In this document: one piece after another, positions 1 through 25,728 of the stretch
How the letters are laid out: each line of letters begins with the position of its first letter
Position numbering within the stretch: the stretch's first letter is position 1
NCBI RefSeq assembly: GCF_009914755.1
Contig: NC_060926.1
Length of the DNA: 64,000 nucleotides
Strand: one strand, 5' to 3'
Origin: the human T2T-CHM13v2.0 reference genome, Homo sapiens
Notes under the pieces: model-generated
Seen by the model: only the letters and a program-made list of their open reading frames with translations
What the model was told of the DNA's origin: nothing
Databases searched by the model: none
Program-made: the position numbers and the translations under genes

Positions 1-985
1 AGTTCCTGCAGAGAAAAGAGATCCAACAGGGGCCAGGCAGGGCGCAAGCAAAGAGGCCTACACTGCTATCTCCCTAAAAGCAGGCAATTTCTCCACCTGT
101 GGGGTGCAGGTGGTGGGAAGGGATACTGAGGGACCTCAAGGGGCTTTTGCTTTCTTGTACAGTTAAGAATATGAGAACCACATACTAACAGCTTCCTTGT
201 GACCCCAAATAGCTCAGGGGTCCTCCATGTCCTACAGCAAGGCTGAAAGCAGCTCACACGGGAGGCACGGTGCCCTGGCGTGAAGAGTGTGTGAAGGAGA
301 CAAAGAGCATCAGGGAGAAAATGAAAGGGGATGCAGGGTCTCGGAGCAGCCAGAGTGTGAGGGCCCAGGGGCAGGCGGGGTTTAAAAGGGAAGTAAGACC
401 CCGCTTCCCTGAGGAGGGGCTGGGGCTTCACAGCAGCCTGTGTAGTGGCCAGGAGACCCCTTTAGAAGGTCTCCTGTGGGGTTCAGTCTCTCATCCCACT
501 AAGTGTGAAGGATGACACCACAGGCCTGGAACTCAGAGGTGGGGGTGCAGTGACAGGACAGCAGGGAGGGGCCGCTGGGTTGGCTGTTCTGCTGGGCGAA
601 CTCAAAGGGACCCCTGCTTCCTGCCTCGCTCAGCAAGGACTGGGTGCTCCCGAGCGGCTTTTCAGGATTCACTCACATGACCCTCACCCTGGCTGGATGC
701 ACGGGCCCTGCTCTTACTCATTTTCTAAGGGAGACCTGTGCGGGGACCACAGGAAAGCCCCACTGCATGCTACCCATCAGGGGCGCTGGAAGAGAAGGAC
801 TGATCCCCAGAGGCAATCCCAAAGACCTGCTTCCCAGGCCTGCTTAACCCTCAAGTCTCAGTGCTTCAATTGACAGAACGGACACTGACACCCAGGAGCA
901 GCAGCAGGGACAGAAGCAGCTCTGTGGCCGCACAAGCCTCATCTACGGAGCCCAAAGATGCCCAAGCACAGAGACCGGCCTGCAC

Positions 986-1378
986 ATCAGGACTGACCCC
1001 CGGCGTCTCCTCCAGGCCCGCGCAAGCAGAAGACGGACTGACGGGGACAGGATCAGGACTGACCCCCAGTGTCTCCTCCAGGCCCGCGCAAGCAGAAGAC
1101 GGACTGACGGGGACAGGATCGGACTGATGCCCAGTGTCTCCTCCAGGCCCGCGCAAGCAGAAGACGGACTGATGGGGACAGGATTGGACTGACCCCCAGT
1201 GTCTCCTCCAGGCCCGCGCAAGCAGAAGACGGCTGACGGGGACAGGATCAGGACTGACCCCCGGCGTCTCCTCCAGGCCCGCAAAAGCAGAAGACAGACT
1301 GATGGGGACGGGATCAGGACTGACCCCCAGTGTCTCCTCCAGGCCCGCGCAAGCAGAAGACGGACTGACGGGGACAGG
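986..1378. repeat. Minisatellite/VNTR, 6 copies of a 64-66 bp unit
   Basis: Unit atcaggactgacccccagtgtctcctccaggcccgcgcaagcagaagacggactgacggggacagg; copies start at 986, 1052, 1118, 1183, 1247 and 1313. Confidence 0.95.
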
Positions 1379-1949
1379 AGTTCTTGGAACCATCGCAGCT
1401 TCTGAAATTACACAACCTTTGGATTATAAATTCCAGGAAGTCTGGGAAAAGAAGATCGGGGGAAAGGAAAGCAAAGGCTCTGGGGGTGGAGGAGACCACG
1501 TCCAAGAACAGCTTGGAACCAAGGAGGGCCGCACATGTGGCCTGGCCCAGTGGCCGAGCCCTGGGGCCCAGAGTGAGAACCGAGGGTGGAGAGCAGGTAA
1601 TGAGCACTCTGCCTGCTGGCTGCACAGGGCAAACATAGGTGACCTGAAGCAGGAGAGTGGGAGAGTCCGCTCCTTTTCCAGACTGGCCTGTGGTCTTTCA
1701 GTATTTCCTTTTTTGTTTTTCTTAAATGATGATTTAAAAATTTTTTATATCAGTATTTCCTCCTCAGACTCCCGGTGAAAAGTGGGAAGGTGAGGATGGG
1801 AATATTTGGACTTCAATAAAACTTTCCTAATTAGACAATAAGAGAATTTTTAAATCAAGATTTTCGTTGCAATCTTTCACGGAGATAAGGAATAGAAGCT
1901 TCTGAATCCAATGTGTGGCCTCTGGAACGAGGCTTGTGATCTATCATAG

Positions 1950-2690
1950 CTGATCAATTCTTTCATCATTCAACGTGCTGGACACTCTTCCAGGGAGAAG
2001 CTGACGGAACAGTCATACATCCCTACGGAGCATACATCCTAGCGAGGGCAGACAATACACAAGAAATGAGTGAATGATGCAGAACTGAATGTACATTAGG
2101 AGATGAGGCAGAAAGGGAGACAGGGCTGTTGGGGCACTGTGAAAACCTACCCAAAAGGGACAAGGACACCCTCCCTGAGAAGTGTGCACAGACCAGGCAG
2201 GGGATCAGGGTCCCTGCAGCTACCCTGGAGAAGAGCAGACCAGGTGGAAGTGCCAGAGACGGAGGTCCTGGGTACGTAGGCCTGGTCTTGCTGGAGAGGA
2301 ACAGGAGGCCAGTGTGGCCAGGGGAAGGAGATCCTCACCCCTCGGAAGGGCCGTGACCTTGACTCTGAGCAGACAGAAGCCCTCGAGAAGGCTGAGTGGG
2401 AGGGACGAGGTCTCTGACTGCAACCACAGGAAGCCAGGGAGGGCAATGGCAAAAACCCTTGTGGCAGAGGAGGGTGGCCTGGGCCAGGTGGCCGTGGTGG
2501 AGGCAGTGGAAAGGACCTAGCTTCTGGATCTATCTTGAAGGCAGAGCCACCCGGATGTGCTGATGGTTTGGATGTGAAACACGTAAGAAAAGATGGTAAC
2601 GGAGGTTTCTGGCCTGAGCAATTGAGAAGACAAGTTACCATTAATGGAGAAAAGGAAGAATGAGAAGAACCTTGGGAGGTGTGAAACAGC
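1950..2690. mobile_element. Degraded LINE-2 fragments
   Basis: L2-like passages (ctggatctatcttgaaggcagagccac...gctgatggtttggatgtg, tttctggcctgagcaattgagaag). Confidence 0.55.
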
Positions 2691-2832
2691 AAAACTCAGT
2701 CACCTGGGATAGCCCAAGTCCTAAGATGGGCTAAACAAACACCATAATTTCTCAGACAGCCAGCTATAGCCTTGGAGACCTTTCAGTTTGGTAGACTTTA
2801 TCCAGCTCAGCACTGAAAAGAAAGAGGCTTTG

Positions 2833-3130
<298 letters not shown>

Positions 3131-3179
3131 GAAAGAGGCTTTGCAAACCTCAGGTTTTTGGGCCGGCTCTCTGGCCTGT

Positions 3180-4100
3180 GCGGAGCACACCCCACAGCGA
3201 CTGCCACGGGGCTCTGGCTCTCCTGGGACCGGGTGGACCCACTTCCACTGGTGAGCGCAGCCTGCATGGGAGCTGAACCCTGTGGGAAGCGGCACCCCGG
3301 GCGCTGGGGAGCAGCGATCCAGAGTCCAGGTTCTGAGCTGCTGCACCGGGGCCGCGATCTCCACCCCTCACGCCCGAGTCCCCGGCACGGCCACCACCGG
3401 CCCCTGGGTCCCGAGGGCCCCGAGGAAGAGGCCAAGGGGCCTGGCGGCGCCCCCCAGGGTCCCAGTGGAACAGGGGCACCAGGGCCGCGGCGCCGGGCAT
3501 GGCCTTCACACTCCCCACGAGGCAGGACAGCCCCGGGCTAGGGTGAGGGGCACGCGCCGCAAGTCCTGCCTCTGCTCCCGGGCGGCCCCCTCCAGCCTCC
3601 GCCGGCCCCGCCCCGGAAGCGCAGCCCCGCCTCAGGCGCCGCATCTCCGCCCTCTCTTGCGCCTGCGGGACCGGGAGGGCCGCGCTCGCCCCCCAGCGCC
3701 AGGGTCACGCCACCGCGCCCTGTTTGGGGAGCGGCAGAGGAGTCAGGGCGGAGGCTGGGCGGCGCTGGGCGGTGGGGCGCGCTCACTGGCTGCCACCTCA
3801 CCTAGCAGGCGTCACAGGGCTCACTCAAGAGCTCCAGCAAGAGCAGAGGCGGGAGCCTCGCCAGCCCCTCCACAGACCACAGCGACCGCGCCCCTCGGCC
3901 CGGAGGCCCCGCCCTCCCCACTCCTGCTTCCCCAGCCACGGGGTCTTCTCCCGGCCCCTCATCTACTTGGCAGACGCCTCTCACCGGCAGCCTCTGCCTC
4001 CCCCTGGTCTTTCCCTCCCACCACCCACCGTGGAGTCCTCTCCGGGAGGCCCTGTCCTCCATCCAGCGCTCCTCAGAGGGGACCGGAGAGGAGGCGCTCC
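3180..4100. promoter_or_regulatory. Intragenic CpG island in THAP4 intron 2
   Basis: About 0.9 kb of GC/CpG-dense non-repeat sequence with GC boxes (ccccgcccc, ggcggg) and a CCGGAAG ETS core at about 3613. Confidence 0.75.
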
Positions 4101-4114
4101 TTAAATGGGGAAGA

Positions 4115-4235
4115 AAGACGGACAGAGCCAGGGACAGCGAGAGACGGGACGGGGACAGAGACACAGAGACAGAGAGACAGGGCCAGAGAGACACGGGGAT
4201 GGGGCCAGAGACGGGGCCAGAGACAGAGACACAGA
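4115..4235. repeat. GA/GACA-rich simple repeat
   Basis: Repeated gagaca / cagagac / ggggccagagac units. Confidence 0.7.
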
Positions 4236-4715
4236 AAGGGATCTTACTCTTTCTTCCCTTAAAACCAGCTTCTGGGGGTCTCCGAGGGGGACTCTCAGGT
4301 AAGTAACAATATTATCACCTTCCCTCCCAAGAATTAAAAAAAACAAAAATAACGAAAAAACCTTTTCCCTGAACTTGATTTTGAGGGAAAATAGGTCACA
4401 GATACAACCCACAGCCACCAAAACACACATACGGATGCTGTGAGAAGTGGTGGGTCAGTGCCTCGCTGGAGGACAGGAGGGGCCTCTGGGAGCTGGGGGG
4501 GTGGCCCCTGAGAAGCCTCAGGGTCTGGCCTGGCTCAGAGGCCTGGGGCGGAGTGGGGAGCCCTGGACTTGGGAAGCCTGGAGGCTCTTCTGGCCCCCGC
4601 TCTGCCACAGGGAGCTCCTGCAAACAGCAGGCCCAGGGCACCCCACGGTCTGCCCAGGACACCCCAGGTGTTCGCCCAGGTGCTGAAGGCCCAGGCTGGC
4701 CTCCATGCAGGGTTA

Positions 4716-8253
<3,538 letters not shown>

Positions 8254-10742
8254 CTAAGGAATGCCTTCTTCAAGTTCCTCTGGAACAGTCATGCAAACTG
8301 GCCTTCTAAATGGTCAAAGAAAGCCTGTAAGTTCCAGAAAGCAGAAAGAAGTCTACTGTCTGATCACAATGCAGTGAGACTAGAAATGAAAATCAATCAG
8401 GTGTCCCTTGAAAACACTGCGCGAAAAGAAAGAAGCCAGACAAAAACGTATATATTCTATGATTCCAATTAGATGAAATTCGAGACCAGGCAGAAAGGAT
8501 GGAGGGTGGGGAATCTGAACGGTGACGGGGAGGGGCTTGGAGGGGAGTGCAAAGGAGAACCTGGACCGCTGGACGTGGGTGTGGCTGCACAAGCGCCTGC
8601 ACCTGCCAAAACTCACCACGGGAACACCTAGGAGCTTGTGTTTCACTTATGCGAATTACACCTCAATAAAAATGTTATAAAGAAAAACCTCCCCAAACAA
8701 ATTAATATTTCAAAAAGCAGAAAACTTAAAAAAACTAAAAGCATTTTATCCCAAGAGTGTTTACTATGTTACTGCAGCACAGGGTTCTGGGTGGCCTCAG
8801 AGCAGGGGATGTGGTGGGGAGTGAGGTCGGCCTCACAGCTCAGGGCCTTGGCTCCTGGCCCCAGGGTCTGCTGCCATCCAAGCTGCAGCACCTACTGCAG
8901 ATCTAATATTTCGAGAAAAGCCAGAAGCTGATTTTAGGCTAAAATATCCCAATTTCTAAACATCTGTTCAAATTAAAACAAATGACACCACTGTGGTGTG
9001 AGTCGCATACCTTGGGGCAGGTGCAGAGGGCCAGAGAGGGCTGGAGCCACACACAGCGCCCTGCCCGGTGCCTCTCACCTCCCACCTCTCCTCTTCACTC
9101 CTCTCTTCTCCCAGGTGGGAGTGAGGACGCCACTGGCAGCCACCCAGCACATCCCCGTGCCCCAAGCCCACGGTTCCCGACACATCAGGAGAGCTCTTCG
9201 CCGCCCTCAGCCGTGTTTCTGAGTAGGTTTCGCGTTCCTCAGGATGCTGGGGAGCTGGTTCTAGACACAGGCCCAGCCCGGCTGGCCTGGAAGCAAGGAG
9301 GGCGCCCATGGGGACACACTCTGCCCCAGTCCTGCAGCTGGAGCAGCCCAGAGCCCCTGCCACAAGACGCCTGGGAGAACTCAGTCAGGGGGCTGGCAAG
9401 GACAGGTGAGCACAGCTGGCTCCTCAGAAGAACTGGGCTTATCTGAAGTCTGGTCAAGTTGAACTGGACCATCTATTCCCCCAAGTGGGCCTGGATGGGC
9501 CAGAACCTTTTACGTAGGAGGGACGTGGCCCGGGCTTTCTGCCTCGACGACTAGCCCAAGGGAGATGGAAATGAGAGTGAGATAAGAGGGATGGGTGGGC
9601 TGGAGATGGCCAGCAGCTGGCATTGCTGGCAGCTTGGAAGGCGACCCGTGACATCAGTGAGAAGGGCGGGTGCAGGCGCACGAGAGCTGAGGGCGAGCCC
9701 TGGCATCAGGACCAGAGAGGCCCACCACAGAGCGGGTAAGCAGTGGCACCTGAGCAGGGGGATGGTGTCCTGGTAAGAACAGGTAGGGAGAGGCTGCCTC
9801 AAAAATTCTGGCTAAAAGTGAGCTTTTGAGTGGACTTTGCTATGTGCATGCCAGGTCAGGGAAGCAAGTCCCGCGGGCCCTGGAGAGAAGCTACCCTGCA
9901 GGCGGCTGCTGCTTCAGGGGCACAGGGCCCACACCACACTTGGGGACAGGACAGGACGCAGCACTTATGTGGCAATTTCTTTTTAAAAAACTAGAGAATT
10001 CTAAGATAGCTCTGAAATTCAGAAGAAACGCTTTTGAGCAGAAAAAATAACATCAGACTGGAAAGGAAGGAGCACGCGGCTAAGCAACTAGATGGAGGCT
10101 TACGGCTGTGAGCAACTAATGGCTGTGAGAAATACTTCCCTTCCTGTCGCCCTCCTGGCTTGCTGTTATTTGCTCTGAATCTTAATGGAGTTTAATTTGG
10201 ACAGGGACAACAGGTCAGGCAGTAAACAAGCAGCGGCGGCGCCTCCTTCTGTCTACACTGCACCTCACCAGGTTAACCTGCTCCTGGGGCCGCTCCCCCT
10301 GCACCCTCCACCACTTCGGGCCGCGTGGAATGTGGCAGCAGCCTAGCCACTGTCCCTCCTTGTTGTCACTGAAGCATGGGTGGGGGTGAGGACGACCAGT
10401 AAGAGAATTTTAGAATCCAAACATCAGGTTACTTGAGCCTAGATATATGTTAAGATCCATCAAACTGTGACCTCAATATCTGTGTATTTTACTCTCTGTA
10501 AATTATACTTCATTAGAAAAAAATAAATTTAAACATGAAACAAAAAATACTATAAAGGACCTAGTCTATTTGTCACTTTCCACCTCTTTAAATAAACCAG
10601 ACAGGCTTTTCTAGGCATTTCTTTTCTGATTTCATTTTTCTTTTATTGAAATCTCAACCAAAACACAAAAACAAAAATTTAAATTTCCTGCAAGAAATTT
10701 AAATTTTCATGTTTTGGCCCAAGACACTGAAAGCAGGCTTAC

Positions 10743-10746
10743 CCAT
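10743..10746 (-). CDS. THAP4: Probable alternative first exon coding part (ATG+G) of the short nitrobindin-only THAP4 isoform
   Basis: Minus strand reads aggg ATG G|GTAAGC: a strong donor in the same phase (1) as the exon 2 donor. This would give ME... on splicing to exon 3, consistent with the short isoform start I recall (MEPPKM...). Promoter motifs lie 60-150 bp upstream. Confidence 0.75.
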
Positions 10747-10799
10747 CCCTAAGTTTTCTAAACTCCGGACACTCGTCAAGGTTCCTCAAGGTTGTTTTC

Positions 10800-10895
10800 T
10801 GCCAATTGACGGGAAATGTTTGCACCTGGCTCTTAATGGCTCTGCAGGAAGTGAATGCTAACTTTAAATGGTGCATTCTGGGAATTGTAGTTCCA
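10800..10895 (-). promoter_or_regulatory. Internal THAP4 promoter: ZNF143/THAP11(Ronin)-HCFC1 motif plus ETS site
   Basis: ACTACAATTCCCAGAATGCA on minus strand (10872-10891), CAGGAAGTG ETS core (10845-10853) and CCAAT (10802-10806), all upstream of the candidate alternative exon. Confidence 0.75.
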
Positions 10896-12662
10896 CTATG
10901 AAAGATCACGTCTCAGAAGAAAGTAAAAGACAATGACAGCCCAGATCACAGAATTTCAGAGCTGGAAGGAGCTTTGGAGGTTAGGTGAATTTTATGAAAG
11001 AGGGACTGGCCAGAGGTCTGGGCGGAGTGACGAGTGCGGCTTCTACCCTCAGCCTCCTCCACCAGCTACAGCAGAGGAAGGCAACACCACAGAGACAGGC
11101 ACATCCTAAATGCTTTCTCTCTCCAGAGCAGTCCCTCTGGCCACCCCTGGCATGTCCTTTTCTGTCTCCTAGAGGGTGGCTGGAGACTCATCTTCACCTG
11201 GACATGGAGGCTCCAGAGACTGTCCTGTCTCCTGGCAAGCGGCCCGGGAACCCAGGACAGGAAGTGAGCAAATGCACCCACTGGGACCTGGGGACGGCTC
11301 CTTCCTGGAGCTCCCACCCTCACATCTCTTTGTGTTAGTGACACGGTGTTTCCTGCCAAGGCACACACAGAAAGGGACACTTACTGCTTAGTACAACAGG
11401 GTGCATGGAAGCTGAGGGTGCGCGGCCCGCACCAGCTGTCCCAAGGTGGGGAGGAGCTGTCCAGGAACACCGTGATATGTTTGGGTCCACTGACAAGGCA
11501 TACCAGCAGGGAACTGTTGTTTTAAAGTGACATCAAGGCCCTCAACTTATCAACCATGAAACGGAAGGAGTTGCATGCCCAGGGGAAAAACAGAAATCAT
11601 GATGGAGAGAAAATACAGCAAGTATTTCTATAAAATATAAAAAGGCCATAAAGTGGATACAAATAATTTGCAAATGTTATGTTTGATTTCCTCGTTAATC
11701 TGAGTCTCAATTGAAGAACTATTAGAATCTACAAGTGAATTTGATAAGATGGCCAATTACTAAAATGGGTAGCTTTCCCACACGCTAGCAATAACCGAAA
11801 AATAATGGGTGGGGAGTAAGCTTCCGGTTTCCACTCTCACATGTAAAGAGCTTAGGAGTCATATACCACAGCCTTAAAACAACAGCAAAAAACACTGAAA
11901 GAAGTGAAAATCAACAACTTTTCTTGGATCCATAAGGAAGTGAGGTCACAGATGTCTCTCCTGCCACAGAGAATAGCAGTGAGATCAGCTCACGTGGAGC
12001 AGAATCTACAGTCTACAGGGGAAGGAACTGGTGGGAACTTGATTTGGACAAAATGCTGGAGGCTGAACATGGCAGGTGTGAGAATCTCCTGGGGTCCTAC
12101 ATTTTCATAGGTTTCACCTCCAGGAACCCCATCAGGTTCTCCCCACGAAAAGCCAAGAAAAAAAAAAACACCTCATGTCTCTGGGATGAGGAGGGGGAGG
12201 TGACCACCTTGAAATGAGCCCAGAGCGTTCTCCAGGCAAAGGCCAGGCCTGCTCTGTAGCGAAGCTGACTTCACCAGGACCTCATCTCAGCTGGGAAGGG
12301 CATTTCACTGCTCCAGCCCCACCAGTCTTCCGTCTCACCCAAGCGGGGAGGAGAAAGGGAAAGACACGTGTGAAGGTCACGGCTCAGGGACACGGGCCAC
12401 TGAAGGGCTTAAATCGAGTCACAGGCTGGAGCCTGCTTCCCCTCCCAGCCCTGCAGGCTCCAGCATAACATCCTGGGTGGGAGTGGAAAGGGCCCAGGCG
12501 CAGGCTGTGGAAGGCATGCTCGGAGAAACTCCACGACAACAGGGAGACAAAACAAGGACACTCGAGGAATTTTACAGCCACTGCAGGATTAAACACAGCC
12601 CGAGTGCCAGCCAGGTTAAGGGGATGGATGCCCTCCAAACAAGGCACACTTACTTCACCTTT

Positions 12663-14240
12663 CAGTCAAGCAGCACTTACTGATGGGGGATGCGTTGACA
12701 AACACGTCATGAGGCAAGTTCATCATTGTACAAACGTCACAGAGTGCACTTACCGCGTACCACGCACCTAGGCTGTATGGCACAGCCTGTGCTCCCAGGC
12801 TACACACCCCAGTGTGTTACTGAATACTGTAGGCAGTTGTAACACAGTGCCAAGGGTGTGTGTACCTAAAACACATCTAAACATAGAAAACCTACAGTAA
12901 AAATATGGCATAAGAGACAAAAAATGGTTCACCTGCATAAGGCACTTACCAGCACTGGAGTGTGCAGCATGGGCAGTTGCTCTGGGTGAGTTGGTGAGTA
13001 AGTTGGTAAGTGAGGGGTGAGGGGTGAGTGAGTCGGTGAGTGAAGGGTGAGTGAGTCGGTGAGGGGTGAGTGAGGGGTGAGTGAGTCGGTGAGTGAGGGG
13101 TGAGTGAGTCGGTGAGTGAGGGGTGCGTGAGTCGTGAGTGAGGGGTGAGTGAGTTGTGAGTCGTGAGTGAGGGGTGAGTGAGGGGTGAGTGAGGAGTCGG
13201 TGAGTGAGGGGTGAGTGAGGGGTGAGTCGTGAGTGAGGGGTGAATGAGGGGTGAGTGAGGGGTGAGGGGTGAGTGAGTCATTGAGTGAGGGGTGAGGGGT
13301 GAGTGAGTCGGTGAGTGAGGGGTGAGTGAGTCAGTGAGTGAGGGATGAGTGAGGGGTGAGTTGGTGAGTGAGGAGTGAGTGAGGGGTGAGTGAGGGGTGA
13401 GTGAGTCGTGAGTGAGGGGTGAGTGAGTCGGTGAGTGAGGGGTGAGGGGTAAGTGAGTCGGTGAGTGAGGGGTGAGGGGTGAGTGAGTCGGTGAGTGAGG
13501 GGTGAGTGAGTCGGTGAGTGAGGGGTGAGGAGTGAGTGAGGGGTGAGTGAGTCGGTGAGTGAGGGGTGAGGAGTGAGTGAGGAGTGAGTGAGGGGTGAGG
13601 GGTGAGTGAGTCGTGAGTGAGGGGTGAGTGAGTCGTGAGTGAGGGGTGAGTGAGTCGGTGAGTGAGTCAGTGAGTGAGGGGTGAGTGAGTCGGTGAGTGA
13701 GGGGTGAGGGGTGAGTGAGTCAGTGAGTGAGGGGAGAGTGAGTCGGTGAGTGAGGGGTGAGGGGTGAGTGAGTCAGTGAGTGAGGGATGAGTGAGGGGTG
13801 AGTGAGTTGGTGAGTGAGGAGTGAGTGAGGGGTGAGTGAGGAGTGAGTGAGGGGTGAGTGAGTCGGTGACTGAGGGGTGAGTGAGTCAGGAGTGAGTGAG
13901 TCGGTGAGTGAGGGGTGAAGGGTGAGTGAGTCAGTGAGTGAGGGATGAGTGAGGGGTGAGTGAGTCAGTGAGTGAGGGGTGAGTGAGTCGGTGACTGAGG
14001 CAGTGACTGCGGCGGTGAGTGAATGCAAAGGCCTGGGAGATGACTGTACACTATGGTAGACTTTCTCAATACTGCACAGAGGCTACACTAAATCGATTAA
14101 AAAAAATTGTACTACGATGTTACAATGGCTACAATGTCACTAGGTGACAGGACTCTCTCAGCTCCATTATAATCTTACGGGACTACCATGGTGTATGTGG
14201 TCTGTCATTGACCAAAACATCATCATGTAGCACACGGCTG
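12663..14240 (+). mobile_element. Tigger3/Golem-family DNA transposon interrupted by an expanded simple repeat
   Basis: cagtc... left end, ...ggctg right end. Internal acctaggctgtatgg, ctaaacatagaaaa, ttataatcttacgggactacc match Tigger3 consensus text. Confidence 0.75.
12985..14022. repeat. About 1 kb (GTGA/GGGGTGAG/GAGTCG)n G-rich tandem repeat
   Basis: Continuous gtgagtgaggggtgagtgagtcg variants. Confidence 0.97.
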
Positions 14241-14249
14241 GATCTGATA

Positions 14250-20192
<5,943 letters not shown>

Positions 20193-22013
20193 AATCTGGA
20201 TTTTTGAACAACTTTATATTGTGAAAAATCTTGAACATTACAAATTAAACAGATTAGTGTAATAAATCCACACACATGTCCCTAGTTTCACCATTTATCA
20301 CTCTTCTGACATTCCTGTTTTGTCTGCACTTCTCCAAACTCTTCAGCTTCCATTTATTATTTATTAACAGATTGTTTTTAGGACAGAAAAATCCAGCAGG
20401 TAGTACAGAGAATTCCTTCACCCTCTCACCCCCTGCCCTGTTCCCCTATGATTAACATCTTGCATTAGTGTGGGTATGTGTGTCTCAAGTTACGAACCAA
20501 TACTGATTCATTGCTACAAATAGGGTCCATAGTTTACATTAAGGTTCACTTGTTTTGTACTTGGATTTTGACAATCCAGATTTCAAGAATTATATGTAGA
20601 TAATGAATCCATAAAGGAATAAAAAGAAAACAGATTTTGAAGCAAGTGTTAAATTGCTGAACTTAGGAAACAGGTGAATAATATTTAACAGGCGTTGGTA
20701 TCCTTACTGTATCAAGAACGTTTATAACTCAGTGGGCAAGCAAGACCGCGAACACGTGGTTCATAGACGTGCTAACAATGTACCCTCAAGGAATCGCTGC
20801 TGGCGGAGAAGAACACTACGTCCACAGAACGCCACCGGGCACTGCCTCTGGAGCGTGGCTTCAACCCACCTCTGAAGCCCACTGGCCCGCATCCTTCAGT
20901 TTGGGGAACCTGCCCAAAAGCAGACACTGGCTAGCGAGCTGAATAGACAAGTGTGCGGCGCTTTCCACATAAATCCCTAAAGAATGACCCAAAGAGTCTG
21001 TCACTGAAGAACAAATCCACACGGACAGCAAGAACCACAGAGTGCAGACCCCAGGGCCTGCGACGCCGGCGTGACAGACTGCAACCCCAGGGAGAGGATG
21101 TCCTCTCCCCACCACACCCTCGCTCCTGCCACCCCTGTGCCCACACCGCATGCCCAGCCGTGGCCTGGCCTCACCTTTGGAGGGGCACAAGGCATGCAGG
21201 GTGGTGCCTGCACCTGTCCCTTGCTCTCCAGAGCCTGGCCCTTCACAGCCCTCCCCACTGACACACTCTCTTTGGAGCCACACTCCCTCTGGCTCCTGTC
21301 TACTTGCCTCACTCCACTTCACGGCCAAACCTGGCCCTGACCCCTCATCACTGGCCCCCTCTCCGCCCAGCTCCACCAGCCTCTCCAGTGAGATTCCAGT
21401 AACCAGCGACCCTGGGAGCACATCCAACCCCCTTCTCTCCACTATCCTGGGGCACATCCAGCCCCCTTCTCTCCATTCTGGTCAGAGTAGCACCCAGCAC
21501 AGCAAGTCACCCTTCTTTCCTGAACAACCCCTCAGCCTTCCCCTGGACCCGCCTCGGCTGCCCCTCTCAGCGAGGCCTGCTCCTGGGCCGGGCACTGAAG
21601 CCCAGCCTAGAACCACACTCGACCCCCCAAGGCTTCAAACACCTCTGCCCTCCACCCCCACACTCACATGCCCAAATCCCAGAGGCCAGCTGCTGGCCTC
21701 AGACTGCCTGTTCAAACTCTGGCCTCAGCACCCAAGAGCATCTCAAACTCCGTTCCTCACCCCCATCTCCTGCTCCTCCCCAAAAGCCTCTCCCACTTAG
21801 CATCCTCCAGGTGCTCAAGCCTAATCCCTGTAGCTGGCCTGCTGATCTTTTGCCTCTCAACCCCCTGAACCCAGCCAGTACTCCAGCATTGCTACCACCG
21901 CCACTTCCTCCCTAAAGTCTGAGCCATCCCCATCTACCCTGGGACTGCCACAACAGTCACCAGCGCCCCCCTCAAAACTGTACTGGAATAGGATTTTTTT
22001 TTTTTAAAGTCAT

Positions 22014-25728
<3,715 letters not shown>

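Noticed and set aside
1-30. Minus-strand acceptor-like ctcttttctctgcag|gaact at the window edge
   Set aside because: The following bases do not match the THAP4 exon 3 start I expect (EPPKM) and the downstream sequence is outside the window.
866-1405. Repetitive ORFs and a CRISPR-like appearance
   Set aside because: Head-to-tail VNTR with no unique spacers, in eukaryotic context; the ORFs follow from the 66-bp period.
3282-4262. 326-aa ORF in the intronic CpG island
   Set aside because: GTG start, low-complexity composition, runs into a simple repeat, no recognisable family.
12946-14028. Thr/His/Ser/Pro/Leu-rich ORFs
   Set aside because: Translation of the simple repeat.
20700-21800. Mildly CpG-rich patch with 198-aa and 216-aa ORFs
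   Set aside because: No splice-consistent exon or domain; a possible enhancer, but nothing in the sequence supports a call.
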